Assembly (NCBI GenBank): GCA_030390025.1
Contig: CM059432.1
Span: forward strand, 143,656,001-143,720,000
Direction of reading: 5' to 3'
DNA length: 64,000 bases
Source of the DNA: Squalus acanthias
Taxonomy: Eukaryota
Shown: piece after piece, positions 24,620 to 36,729 of the stretch
How positions within the stretch are numbered: the stretch's first letter is position 1
Layout of the letters: the number at the start of each line of letters is the position of its first letter
Position numbers and translations under genes: made by a program
The notes under the pieces: model-generated
The model's database searches: none
What the model was told of the DNA's origin: nothing
What the model saw: the letters and a program-made list of their open reading frames with translations, nothing else

Positions 24620-26215
24620 GCATAACGTTACAGCACAGGGCATTACAGTGTAGGGCGTTACAGCACAGGGCATTACAGTGTAGGGAGTTACAGCACAGGG
24701 CATTACAATGTAGGGCATTACAGCACAGGGCATTACAGTGTAGGCATTACAGTGTAGGGAGTTACAGTGTAGGGCATTACAGTGTAGGGAGTTACAGCAC
24801 AGGGCATTACAGTGTAGGGCATTACAGTGTAGGGAGTTACAGCACAGGGCATTACAATGTAGGGAGTTACAGCACAGGGCATTACAGTGTAGGGAGTTAC
24901 AGCACAGGGCATTACAATGTAGGGAGTTACAGCACAGGGCATTACAGTGTAGGGAGTTACAGCACAGGGCATTACAATGTAGGGAGTTACAGCACAGGGC
25001 ATTACAGTGTAGGGAGTTACAGCACAGGGCATTACAATGTAGGGAGTTACAGCACAGGGCATTACAGTGTAGGGAGTTACAGCACAGGGCATTACAATGT
25101 AGGGAGTTGCAGCACAGGGCATTACAGTGTAGGGCATTACAGCACAGGGCATTACAGTGTAGGGCATTACAGTGTAGGGAGTTACAGCACAGGGCATTAC
25201 AATGTAGGGAGTTACAGCACAGGGCATTACAATGTAGGGAGTTACAGCACAGGGCATTACAGTGTAGGGCATTACAGCACAGGGCATTACAGTGTAGGGA
25301 GTTACAGCACCGGGCATTACAATGTAGGGCATTACAGCACAGGGCATTACAGTGTAGGGAGTTACAGCACAGGGCATTACAGTGTAGGGCATTACAGCAC
25401 AGGGCATTACAGTGTAGGGAGTTACAGCACAGGGCATTACAATGTAGGGCATTACAGCACAGGGCATTACAGTGTAGGGAGTTACAGCACAGGGCATTAC
25501 AGTGTAGGGTGTTACAGCACAGGGCATTACAATGTAGGGCATTACAGCACAGGGCATTACAGTGTAGGGCATTACAGCACAGGGCATTACAGTGTAGGGC
25601 ATTACAACACAGGGCATTACAATGTAGAGCATTACAGCACAGGGTATTACAATGTAGGGCATTACAGCACAGGGCATTACAGTGTAGGGCATTACAGCAC
25701 AGGGCATTACAATGTAGGGCATTACAGCACAGGGCATTACAATGTAGGGCATTACAGCACAGGGCATTACAGTGTAGGGCATTACAGCACAGGGCATTAC
25801 AATGTAGGGCATTACAGCACAGGGCATTACAGTGTAGGGCATTACAGCACAGGGCATTACAGTGTAGGGAGTTACAGCACAGGGTATTACAGTGTAGGGC
25901 ATTACAGCACAGGGCATTACAGTGTAGGGAGTTACAGCACAGGGCATTACAGTGTAGGGAGTTACAGCACAGGGCATTACAGTGTAGGGCATTACAGCAC
26001 AGGGCATTACAGTGTAGGGCATTACAGCACAGGGCATTACAGCACAGGGCATTACAGTGTAGGGCATTACAGCACAGGGCATTACAATGTAGGGCGTTAC
26101 AGCACAGGGCATTACAGTGTAGGGCATTACAGCACAGGGCATTACAATGTAGGGAGTTACAGCACAGGGCATTACAATGTAGGGAGTTACAGCACAGGGC
26201 ATTACAATGTTGGGC
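24620..26215. repeat. 15-bp minisatellite with 30-bp alternation (GGGCATTACAGCACA / GGGCATTACAGTGTA)
   Basis: Directly visible; ORFs show a 5-aa period. Confidence 0.97.
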
Positions 26216-26362
26216 GTTAGGTTATGGGACATTACGGTGTGCGGTGTTACGGTGTCGGCCATTACAATGTGGGGCGTTACGGCATCGGGCGTTCCGGTAC
26301 AGAGCGTTCCGGTGTAGAACGTTACTCAGTGTGTAATCTGATTGCCATATTTTGTGTTCCAG

Positions 26363-26516
26363 GGTAACTGTGTGTCGGTGGGTGTCACCTCATGGGAGCT
26401 GGACGCCGTCCTTATAGATTCTCAGAATGTGATTGTTTCAGGACTGAATGGGACGACGAGTATCTTGTTCACGGGCTGCTGGGCCAATTACACCGATCTC
26501 TCAATCAGTCCAAATG
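26363..26516 (+). CDS. PKHD1L1: Fibrocystin-L exon (GNCVSVGVT...CWANYTDLSISPN)
   Basis: CAG ending 26362, GTAACA at 26517; GNCVSVG and CWANYTDL motifs. Confidence 0.95.
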
Positions 26517-27109
26517 GTAACAGAAGTCAATGGCTAGGGCCATATCCTTGAACACCATCAATTCTCTCCATCTCCTCTGTCATAAATTAAGTTATTTCTG
26601 ACTCTGTGAGAGGCTTTTCTTGGGTGACACTGATATTCATATCACTTCTCTGGGTTTGTAAGATTTATGACTAGGAGACAATCAAATAATGGAAAAGTGA
26701 GGCTGGGAGCAGCTCGCTACTGTCTGAATAAGGACAGAATCATTCTCACGGGTTTGGGGGGGTCCTCGAGAGCACCCAGCATGCGGTCATTGTAGTAAAG
26801 TGTGACATCGTACAGAGACAGACACCCGACCCTGTGCCCAATCAGATTATGAACCTTACATTAGCAACATCCTCGCCCCCATTCAACTCCGGGTCCCAGG
26901 GTGGGGCGGGGAACAGGTCAAGTCGACAATCTCACATCCCCGCTCTGCGGGAGACTGGAGAGGTTTTAACTCCGGGGCCTCATTTCCATGTCGGAAGAAC
27001 AATTCCAAGCGGGATTTTGGGCGGTAAGAGGTCGCTGCCGGGATCCCCGGCATAAGGTCGGGGGGAGGGGATTGGGAAGCCACGGGAGAGTGTCGGGGGA
27101 GGGGGACAC

Positions 27110-27580
27110 GATTGGGGGGAGGGGATCATGGTCGGGGGAGGGGGTCGGGTGGGGGAGGGGGGTCACGGTCGGGGGAGGGGGAGGTCAGGGGAGGGGGGTC
27201 ACAGTCGGGGGAGTCACGGTCGGGGGAGGGGGGTCACGGTCGGGGGAGGGGGGTCACGGTCGGGGAGGGGGGGTCGCGGTCGGGGGAGGGGTGTCACTGT
27301 CAGGGAGGGGGGTCACGGTCGGGGGAGGGGGGTCACGGTCGGGGGAGGGGGTCACGGTCGGGAGAGGGGGGTCACGGTCGGGGGAGGGGGTCACGGTCGG
27401 GGGAGGGGGTCACGGTCGGGGGAGGGGGGATCACGGTCGGGGGAGGGGGTTGGGGGAGGGGGGTCACGGTCGGGGGAGGGGGATCACGGTCGGGGGAGGG
27501 GGTTGGGGGAGGGGGGTCACGGTCGGGGGAGGGGGATCACGGTCAGGGGAGGGGGGGTCACGGCCGGGGGAGGGGAGGGG
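27110..27580. repeat. G-rich ~20-bp minisatellite (GGTCACGGTCGGGGGAGGGG)
   Basis: Directly visible. Confidence 0.92.
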
Positions 27581-29100
27581 GAGGGAAACCCGGCCTCGCT
27601 TCTGGTTACCGCCAGGGTTTTCGACACTCTGCATTAAAATGGCAGCCGGGTCTGAATTGCGCCACAAATCTGCGAATTTTACATATTGACGAGGGCCCTC
27701 TGGCTGTCTTTGTGCAGTACCTCCCAAACCGGCAGTGGGCCAGAGCATGTTGGGAATGGAGAGGGAAGTACCCCGCCTCTATTTAAAACCCCTCCCCACC
27801 GGCCTGTTCCCGCTCGCTGCACAGGGTTAAATTCAGGGCCTCTGTGTCGCTCGAATGATTAAACCTCGTGTTTCCCCCTCCATTCCCCCAATATCCGGAG
27901 TATTGACACCACTGCGTCAGCCAATGAGCCGGAGGCAGGGCCGGACTTACTGCCAAACGGTAAACATAGTCTATTTCAAAAAAAATATCGACGGACTGAA
28001 ACAAACAGAGCTCGTGCGTAAAATCAGTCCCGCTTAACTTCCAGCCGTGATTGACACGGGAATTACCCAAACACCTCCATTCTGGCTGGTGTCACTGGAT
28101 GCAGCTCCCAAAATCCTCCCCAAATAACAGAAGGAAAGAACTGCACACTCGCCAAAAAAATAAAACCAGACAGAGAGAAGAGACTCTTCACTGGACCGGG
28201 CAGGAGCTTAAGGCACAGAATGAGCCCTAATATTCCCCCGTCATCAGAATCCAGACACAGTCAAGCCAGCTGAAGATTGGGTCAGAGACCAGTCATTGCG
28301 TAAGAGACGAACAGTACTGTATTATCAATTTAACACTCTCAGCCCGTCTCGAGCATGCATATCACTGGAGTGGACATCGATACACAGCGTCTCCGAACCT
28401 GCTTATCATCAGCCGCCTTAAAGGCCAGGACAGCGCTGGGACAAAGAGCAGCTAAGATACAGAGATCATTCTACAGATAACATTCTTTGTAAATTGGACC
28501 ATCGGACAGTGGGATGAGGTCTCTCGGCTCTGCGGATTTTCTCCCCACTCTGCAAAGGGGAAACGCAGCCCCGATCCCTTGCGTTCCTTCGTCTGCCACA
28601 AAGTATTTGATGGTCCTTCACTCGCATTCCTGAGCAGATATTCCTGCAGATTTTAAAATTCACGCAGCAATAAATTCCAAGGGGTAGAGTTTCCGATTTG
28701 GGCGCAAATCGCGCCCAAAAAAAGTGCGCGCTAGTTTTCAGCAGTGTTTTTTTTCCCTCGAGTTTCCGCTCAAACTCATTTGCATATCGCCGAACGTAAA
28801 ATCTGCCGCGAACCAGCGCAATGGGGCAGTGTTTTTGAAGGTAATGTTTTTTTTTAAATTTTGCTTTAAAAAATATTGTTTGATATATTTAGCGGCAGTA
28901 ACCTGGCGCAGTTTGATGAATAAAGCTGCAAATGGGTTCATCACAAAAAATAAGCGTTTTTATTCACAGGCTCACCTGTACACAGCGGCTCCGAACCTGC
29001 TTATCATGAGTAAGCTAATTTTAAATGACTGAAAATTACTTTTAAAAACTATACAGAAACATTTGCTAGTTATATTGGGGGTACAGTAGTCAGTTTTTTA

Positions 29101-30005
29101 GTAAACACCCATAAGACAAAGATTCTCCACCAACCTGCCCCCGTCACACAGTACTGCCCCCCGATTATCAAAATCCATGATGAGACCTTGGACAACGTGG
29201 ACCACTTTCCATACTTCGGGAACCTACTGTCAACAAGGGCAGACGTCGATGACGAAGTCCAACACCGCCTTCAGTGTGCCAGTGCAGCCTTCGGTCGCCT
29301 GAGGAAGAGAGTGTTTGAAGACCAGGACCTCAAACCCAGCACCAAGCTCATGGTCTACAGAGCAGTAGTGATACCCACCCCCCTGTATGCTTCAGAGACA
29401 TGGACCATGTACAGCAGGCACCTCAAAGCACTGGAGAGGTACCACCAACGCTGCCTCCGCAAGATCCTGCAAATCCATTGGCAGGATAGGCGCACCAATG
29501 TCAGTGTTCTCGCTAAGGCCAACATCCCCAGCATGGAAGCTTTGACCACGCTCGATCAGCTCCGATGGACGGGCCACATCGTCCGCATGCCTGATACGAG
29601 ACTCCCAAAACAAGCGCTCTACTCGGAGCTCTGACACGGCAAGAGAGCCCCAGGTGGGCAGAGGAAGCACTTCAAGGACACCCTCAAAGCCTCCTTGAAA
29701 AAGTGTAACAACTCCACCGACACCTGGGAATCCCTGGCCCAAGACCGCACAAAGTGGAGGAGAAGCATCCGGGAAGGCGCCGAACACCTCGAGTCTCTTC
29801 GCCGGGAGCAAGCGGAAGCCAAGCGCAAACAGCGGAAGGAGCGCACATCAACCCAAGCACCCCACCCACCCACCCCCTTCAACCACCGTCTGCCCCACCT
29901 GTGACAGAGACTGTAGGTCCCGCATCGGACCCATCAGTCACCTGAGAACTCATTTTTAATGTGGAAGCAAGTCATCCTCGGTTCCGAGGGACTGCCTAAG
30001 AAGAA
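29101..30005 (+). mobile_element. RTE-clade LINE, 5'-truncated
   Basis: ORF has VDHFPYFG..L, AFGRLRKRVF, LRWTGHIVRMPDTRLPKQ.LYSEL; C-terminal Cys/His remnant and (AAG) tail. Confidence 0.9.
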
Positions 30006-30035
30006 ATAATTTTTTTTTTAAAATTTGTATTCAAA

Positions 30036-30796
30036 GGGGTAAAAATTGAGTCGCGCCCCATTTGGGGCGCTAACCTCGCCGGGGCGCGACTTTTAGCGCC
30101 CCGAAAAAATTAGCGGCCCCGCGCCGGAACTTCAGTGGTTGCGCCCCAAGAGGGAAGCGGGGCGCCACTGGAAGCACCCCGCATCCCTCTTGGGGCGCTG
30201 CAAGTGAATATCCTGGCGCTACGTGCCGCAGCGCCATGCGCTGCGGCACGTCGCGCCGCGGTATTGCAGGCCTTCCTCCCCTTCTTAAAGGGGAGGGACC
30301 CTGCGCAGCGCGAACCGGGGCCCAGCTGGGCCCCCAGGGATCGGGAGTGCCGGCAAAAGAGCCCGGCACTCAAGAGAAGTGCCGGGCTCTTGGAGCGCAG
30401 CCGGCACTTCACGGTGGGGGGGCTTCACGGGGGCCGGGGGCAGGTGCTGGCAGGCGGCCAGCAACAAAAATGGCCGCCTGCCACCTCCCCTTTAAATATC
30501 GCCGCCCCGGCCGCACGTACGCCTCCCTGAACCCGTCGGACATAGCGTCTGGCGGTAAATCAGGGGGCGCGACTGAAGATCGCGGCTGGAGCACGAGCGG
30601 GGTGCTGCGCACGGCGATGACGTCATCGCCGGCGGCGCAGCGCCACAGGGCGCTACCGGCTGGCGCCGCCGCTAACCTCCCGCTGAATTTTTCGGGAGGC
30701 GTGGGCGGCACTGCGCCCGGGCGTTAGCTGCTTTACGCCCCATTAGCGCCCTCTTAAGGCGCTAACAGGAGGCGCAAGCAGCTGAATTTTTCCCCC
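30036..30796. mobile_element. GC-rich Harbinger-type MITE
   Basis: TIRs GGGGTAAAAATTGAG / CTGAATTTTTCCCCC, AAA on both sides; subterminal sequence shared with 21306-22210 in opposite orientation. Confidence 0.82.
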
Positions 30797-31295
30797 AAAA
30801 GCTTTTAAAATGTCCCTATTAGTGTCCATGCGTCAAAAAAAAGCTTAATTTTTGGAGCCTCCTCGAAGGCCCGCAAATGAGCGCAATTAGTGGCAGTGAT
30901 TATTTCGATCTGGGGTGCAGCCAGTTTTGTGGGCGGGGCTGGCTTCCAGCGCAACGTTTTTTTAAATGGAGTGATTGCAGGAATATGGGGGCTGGAGGGC
31001 CCTTGTCCTCCCATCACTGGCAATCTGTGGGGGGCAGGCTGGCGGGCGTAGGCCTGAGCAGTAGGCCGTGGCCTCGGGGTGGGAGTCTGGGAGCTTCAAC
31101 ACAGCTCACTGTCTTTGTGGCTATTTCTGGAGCGATCGTTCCCCCTCCAAACCCCCAGGCGGAGACACCAGGCTGAAGTCTCGGCCTGTTTGTGCTGCAT
31201 GTGTTTGGGGAGAAGGTCAGGAGATTGGAGGGGGGAGAGGGAAGGGGATCGGAGTGGGGAGAAGGTCAGGAACTCTTGGGGGGGGGGGGAGGTGG

Positions 31296-31675
31296 TTAGA
31301 ACATAAGAATTAGGAGCAGGAGGAGGTCATTCGGCCCCTCGAGCCTGCTCCGCCATTTAATGAGATCATGGCTGATCTGATCTTGGGCTGAGCTCCATTT
31401 CCCTGCCCGCCCCCCATAACCCTTCACTCCCTTATTGTTCAAAAATCTGTCTATCTCCACCTTAAATGTATTTAATGACCCAGCCTCCACAGCTCTCTGG
31501 GGTAGAGAATTCCGCAGATTTACGACCCTCTGAGAGAAGAAATTCCTCCTCATCTCAGTTTTAAATGGGTGCCCCCTTATTCTGAAACTATGCCCCCTAG
31601 TTCTAGATTCCCCCACGAGGGAAAACATCCTCTCTGCATCTACCTTGTCGAGCCCCCTCAGTATCTTGTATGTTT
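31296..31675 (-). mobile_element. CR1 LINE 3' fragment
   Basis: Translates to YKILRGLDKVDAERMF..GESRTRGHS...RRNFFSQRVVN. Confidence 0.88.
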
Positions 31676-31686
31676 TATATATATAT

Positions 31687-31717
<31 letters not shown>

Positions 31718-33099
31718 ACAGAGGGAACAGTGGGGATGGGGGAAGAACGTGATCCAGGCCTAAGGTAGGGGGTGGTTGGGGGTGGGGGGGTACGGGCGAG
31801 AACATGATGCAGATGGGAAGATAGATCACATTCTCCCCGCTCTGTTAGACGTAGATCACGTTCTTTTATGTTGAGTGATTATTTCCACAAACAAATTTGA
31901 GTCACTCTGCGCAAGAACACTGTCTGGGGGGCGGAGCCTAAAGACCGTCCTGCCACCCACTGGAGCCCCGCATGCATATCCGTTGTTCCAACCACGCATG
32001 TGGCTACGTTTTCTGTAGGCCCAGCACATTACCCAGAGCCCATTCACCAGCTGTAGGCCCAGCGCAAAGCCCAGGTTCCATTCACTGGCTGTAGGCCCAG
32101 CTCAGGTGGGGTGGGGGGGGCGGGGTGGGTGGAGAAGGTCAGGAACTCAGCGGGGCAGAAGGTCCTAACCCGGGAAGGTGAGCCCTGTCTGTTCTCTGAA
32201 AGCAGTAGTTGCTGCCTCAGCCTGGCTGTCACAACGAATGGATCAAATTGCACATTGCAAAGATCTTGCTTACTCCAGCAGACAGGATTTAATTACACAG
32301 TCCAGGCAAACTGTTGGGTATGTCATGTCCTCCAAGGGGACCAAACCGAAATCTGGTGTTGCAAATAGTTACAGCCTTTTTTAAACTAGCACCAAAGATC
32401 GCGGAAACTCGAGTTGCACTGAACGCAATTTGTGCTTAAAATTCGGCAATCTTTATCGCCGGTTACGCCGATTTTGGGCGAATTCCACCAAAAGAACCAA
32501 CGTAACCGAACCGAAACGCCAGGCCCAAGGATTTATTGTGCTGTAGGGGGTCTTGAATTTGTGCTGTGTACAAATTGCAGCTGCTTCCCTTTCCTACTGT
32601 CCTGCCCCTTCATTTCATGAATTATCTCTTAACTCAACTCCCTGCCTCCCTCCCTCCCCACATCTTTAGTGTCAACTGCACATTGTTTTTCTCCACCACC
32701 TCACTTGTGTGTCCAAAAAATAGACATCAGGCTTAAACCTGTCCTATCACCACCACCCATTGGAAGGTTAGGGCCACATCACCTCTGTAATCACCAGGGA
32801 TACTCAACACACTGTTCTTTACCCAGAGAGTGGTGAGAATGTGGAACTCGCTACCACAGGGAGTGGTTGAGGCGAATAGCAAAGATGGATTTAAGGGGAA
32901 GCTGGATAAACACATGATGGAGAAAGGAATAGAGGGATATGTTGATAGGGAGGAAGGAGGCTTGTGTGGGACATAAAGGGAGCAGTGGGCCGAATGGTCT
33001 GTTTCTGTGCTGTACATTCAATATCATTCTACGCAAGTGGTGTTGGCTTCAAAACGGTATGTCTAATTTTTTTTTCCCTGTGGGATTATTGTGTCGCAG

Positions 33100-33321
33100 G
33101 TACCGGCTACAAACTTAAGTTCCAACTGAAGTCGATTCAAACCCGTTCTCGCACCTTCTCTGTGGGGCAGACGAACAACATCCTGGGCAAACCCTCACTC
33201 GCACCCCCAGGCCCTGGCCCAACCTCGTGGCGTGGTGACACAGGAGGTATAATCGCTGGGGCAGTCGTGGGAGGCCTGCTGCTCGCCATCATTATTGCCA
33301 TCGTAATCTGGAAGATAACAG
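33100..33321 (+). CDS. PKHD1L1: Fibrocystin-L exon with transmembrane helix (GIIAGAVVGGLLLAIIIAIVIW)
   Basis: CAG ending 33099, phase-1 join; YKLKF...SRTFS matches recalled YKIEF...SRTFS; donor ACAG|GTGGGG is inferred. Confidence 0.82.
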
Positions 33322-33804
33322 GTGGGGACAGGAAACATCTGCCATTGTTGAGATCCTCACTTGTTCCTTTTATGTTTGGTCCGTTGACACCAGCTTGCTG
33401 TCATTTAAAGGTCTGTGACGTATTTAGGACAGAGTAGTGACCGATTATACAGATGCTCATTCATTCTCGGGATGTGGGCGTCGCTGGCAAGGCCAGCATT
33501 TATTGCCCATCCCTAGTTGCCCCTCGAGAAGGTGGTGGTGAGCCGCCTTCTTGAACCGCTGCAGTCCGTGTGGTGAAGGTGCTCCCAAAGTGCTGTTAGG
33601 GAGGGAGTTCCAGGATTTTGACCCAGCGACGATGAAGGAATGGCCGATATATGTCCACATCGGGATGATGTGTGAGTAGGAGGGGCAACTTGGAGGTGGT
33701 GGTGTTCCAATGCCTTCACCGTCGCTGGGTCAAATTCCTGGAACTCCCTCTTGTAGATGGTACACACTGCAGCCACGGTGCGCCGGTGGTGGAGGAAAAC
33801 GAAA

Positions 33805-34139
33805 AAAAAAAGTTTGCATTTATATAGCCTTTCACGACCACCGGACGTCTCAAAGCGCTTTACAGCCAATGAAGTACCTTTTTGAAGTATAGTCACTGTT
33901 GTAATGTGGGAAACGCGGCAGCCAATTTGCGCACAGCAAGCTCCCACAAACAGCAACGCGATAATGGTCAGATCATCTGTTTTTGTGATGTTGGTTAAGG
34001 GATAAATATTGGCCAGGACACCAGGGATAACTCCCCTGCTCTTCTTCGAAATAATGCCACGAGATCTTTTACGTCCACCAAGAGAGAGCAGATGGGGCCT
34101 CGGTTTAACGTCTCATCCGAAAGACGGCACCTCCGACAG
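33805..34139 (-). mobile_element. Deu-core SINE, 5'-truncated
   Basis: Reverse complement of the SINE core and tail seen at 41.5 and 47.1 kb. Confidence 0.8.
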
Positions 34140-34149
34140 GGGAAGTGAA

Positions 34150-36240
34150 TGTTTAAGATGGGGGAGGGGGATGTTTGAGTTGGGGGAGGGGGATGTTTGA
34201 GTTAGGGGAGGGGGATGTTTGAGTTGGGGGAGGGGGATGTTTGAGGTGGGGGAGGGGGATGTTTAAGATGGGGGAGGGGGATGTTTGAGGTGGGGGAGGG
34301 GGATGTTTGAGGTGGGGGAGGGGGATGTTTGAGGTGGGGGAGGGGGATGTTTAAGATGGGGGAGGGGGATGTTTGAGGTGGGGGAGGGGGATGTTTGAGG
34401 TGGGGAGGGGGATGTTTGAGTTGGGGGAGGGGGATGTTTGAGGTGGGGGAGGGGGATGTTTGAGGTGGGGGAGGGGGATGTTTGAGGTGGGGGAGGGGGA
34501 TGTTTGAGGTGGGGGAGGGGGATGTTTGAGTTGGGGGAGGGGGATGTTTGAGTTGGGGGAGGGGGATGTTTGAGGTGGGGGAGGGGGATGTTTCAGATGG
34601 GGGAGGGGGATGTTTGAGTTGGGGGAGTGGGATGTTAGGGTTGGGGGAGGGGGATGCTTGAGTTGGGGGAGGGGGATGTTTGAGGTGGGGGAGGGGGATG
34701 TTTGAGGTGGGGAGGGGGATGTTTAGATGGGGGTGGGGGATGTTTGAGTTGGGGGAGTGGGATGTTTGAGTTGGGGGAGGGGGATGTTTAAGATGGGGGG
34801 AGAGGGATGTTTGAGTTGGGGGAGGGGGATGTTTAAGATGGGGGAGGGGGATGTTTGAGGTGGGGGAGGGGGATGTTTGAGGTGGGGGAGGGGGATGTTT
34901 GAGTTGGGGGAGGGGGATGTTTGAGTTAGGGGAGGGGGATGTTTGAGGTGGGGGAGGGGGATGTTTGAGGTGGGGGGTGTTTGAGGTGGGGGAGGGGGAT
35001 GTTTGAGGTGGGGAGGGGGACATTTGAGGTGGGGGAGGGGGATGTTTGAGGTGGGGGAGGGGGATGTTTGAGTTGGGGGAGTGGGATGTTTGAGTTGGGG
35101 GAGTGGGATGTTTGAGTTGGGGGAGGGGGATGTTTGAGGTGGGGGAGGGGGATGTTTGAGGTGGGGGAGGGGGATGTTTAAGTTGGGGGAGGGGGATGTT
35201 TGAGTTGGGGGAGGGGGATGTTTGAGTTGGGGGAGGGGGATGTTTGAGGTGGGGGAGGGGGATGTTTGAGGTGGGGGAGGGGGATGTTTAAGATGGGGGA
35301 GGGGGATGTTTAAGATGGGGGAGGGGGATGTTTAAGATGGGGAGGGGGATGTTTGAGGTGGGGGAGGGGGATGTTTGAGTTGGGGGAGGGGGATGTTTAA
35401 GATGGGGGAGGGGGATGTTTGAGGTGGGGGAGGGGGATGTTTAAGTTGGGGGAGGGGGATGTTTGAGTTGGGGGAGGGGGGTGTTTAGATGGGGGGAGGG
35501 GATGTTTGAGGTGGGGGAGGGGGATGTTTGAGTTGGGGGAGGGGGATGTTTGAGTTGGGGGAGGGGGATGTTTGAGTTGGGGGAGGGGATGTTTGAGGTG
35601 GGGGAGGGGGATGTTTAAGATGGGGGAGGGGGATGTTTGAGGTGGGGGAGGGGGATGTTTAAGTTGGGGGAGGGGGATGTTTGAGGTGGGGGAGGGGATG
35701 TTTGAGTTGGGGGAGGGGATGTTTGCGGTGGGGGAGGGGGATGTTTGAGTTGGGGGAGGGGGATGTTTGAGGTGGGGGAGGGGGATGTTTGAGGTGGGGG
35801 AGGGGGATGTTTGAGGTGGGGAGGGGGATGTTTGAGGTGGGGGAGGGGATGTTTGAGGTGGGGGAGGGGATGTTTGAGGTGGGGGAGGGGGATGTTTGAG
35901 GTGGGGGAGGGGGATGTTTGAGATGGGGGAGGGGGATGTTTGAGGTGGGGGAGGGGGATGTTTGAGTTGGGGGAGTGGGATGTTTGAGGTGGGGGAGGGG
36001 ATGTTTGAGGTGGGGGAGGGGGATGTTTGAGGTGGGGGAGGGGGATGTTTGAGGTGGGGGAGGGGGATGTTTGAGTTGGGGGAGGGGGATGTTTGAGGTG
36101 GGGGAGGGGGATGTTTGAGGTGGGGGAGGGGATGTTTGAGGTGGGGGAGGGGGATGTTTGAGTTGGGGGAGGGGGATGTTTGAGGTGGGGGAGGGGGATG
36201 TTTGAGGTGGGGGAGGGGGATGTTTGAGTTGGGGGAGGGA
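34150..36240. repeat. G-rich 22-bp minisatellite (GGGGGAGGGGGATGTTTGAGGT)
   Basis: Directly visible; 22-aa period in minus-strand ORFs. Confidence 0.97.
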
Positions 36241-36487
36241 GTTTACTTTGATATTTTTGAAAGGGCTCTGCCAGGCTCCTGTGTAATCAGTGAATAAACT
36301 GACCCACACTGAGCAGGCACCTTGCAGGTGGTAATTTGTCCCCTAAGTGTCTACTTACAGAGCAGCTTTGGCAGAGGTTCACTGGTGGAAGGTGACTTCA
36401 GCCAGGGATTTAGAGAAAGCATCAGGAAAGGGTTGCTCGTCGTCTCATGGCTGTGGGTATTCACACTGTTGTCGTGTTTATCTGCAG

Positions 36488-36603
36488 TTGTCAATGGCAA
36501 TAAGGTTCGGACATTCACTGATCCAAAGACACGGGCAGAGATGCGAGTCGGCACGTCAGGTCGAGACAATCCAGCCCACGCTCTCCCATCTGTGGACAAC
36601 TGA
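36488..36603 (+). CDS. PKHD1L1: Putative last coding exon of fibrocystin-L (cytoplasmic tail VNGNKVRTF...PSVDN*)
   Basis: TCTGCAG acceptor, phase 1 fits donor at 33321, TGA at 36601-36603; donor-like GTAAAA at 36625; no homology support. Confidence 0.6.
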
Positions 36604-36729
36604 CGGCGAGCTGCTCCAAACACGGTAAAAAAAATCTTCTCCATTCTGCTACTTACAGACTTTTAAGTTACATAAAGAATGCAGTCTGTCGCAGAGGGTG
36701 TGGGGGTTGCGGGGGGTGGGGGTGTTTTT

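Noticed and set aside
24733..26336. 509-aa VMPCA/VTPYT and 409-aa LQHRA ORFs
   Set aside because: Translations of the 15-bp tandem repeat
30036..30796. CpG island or promoter of an unannotated gene; overlapping GC-rich ORFs
   Set aside because: Bounded by TIRs and a 3-bp duplication and homologous to other MITE copies
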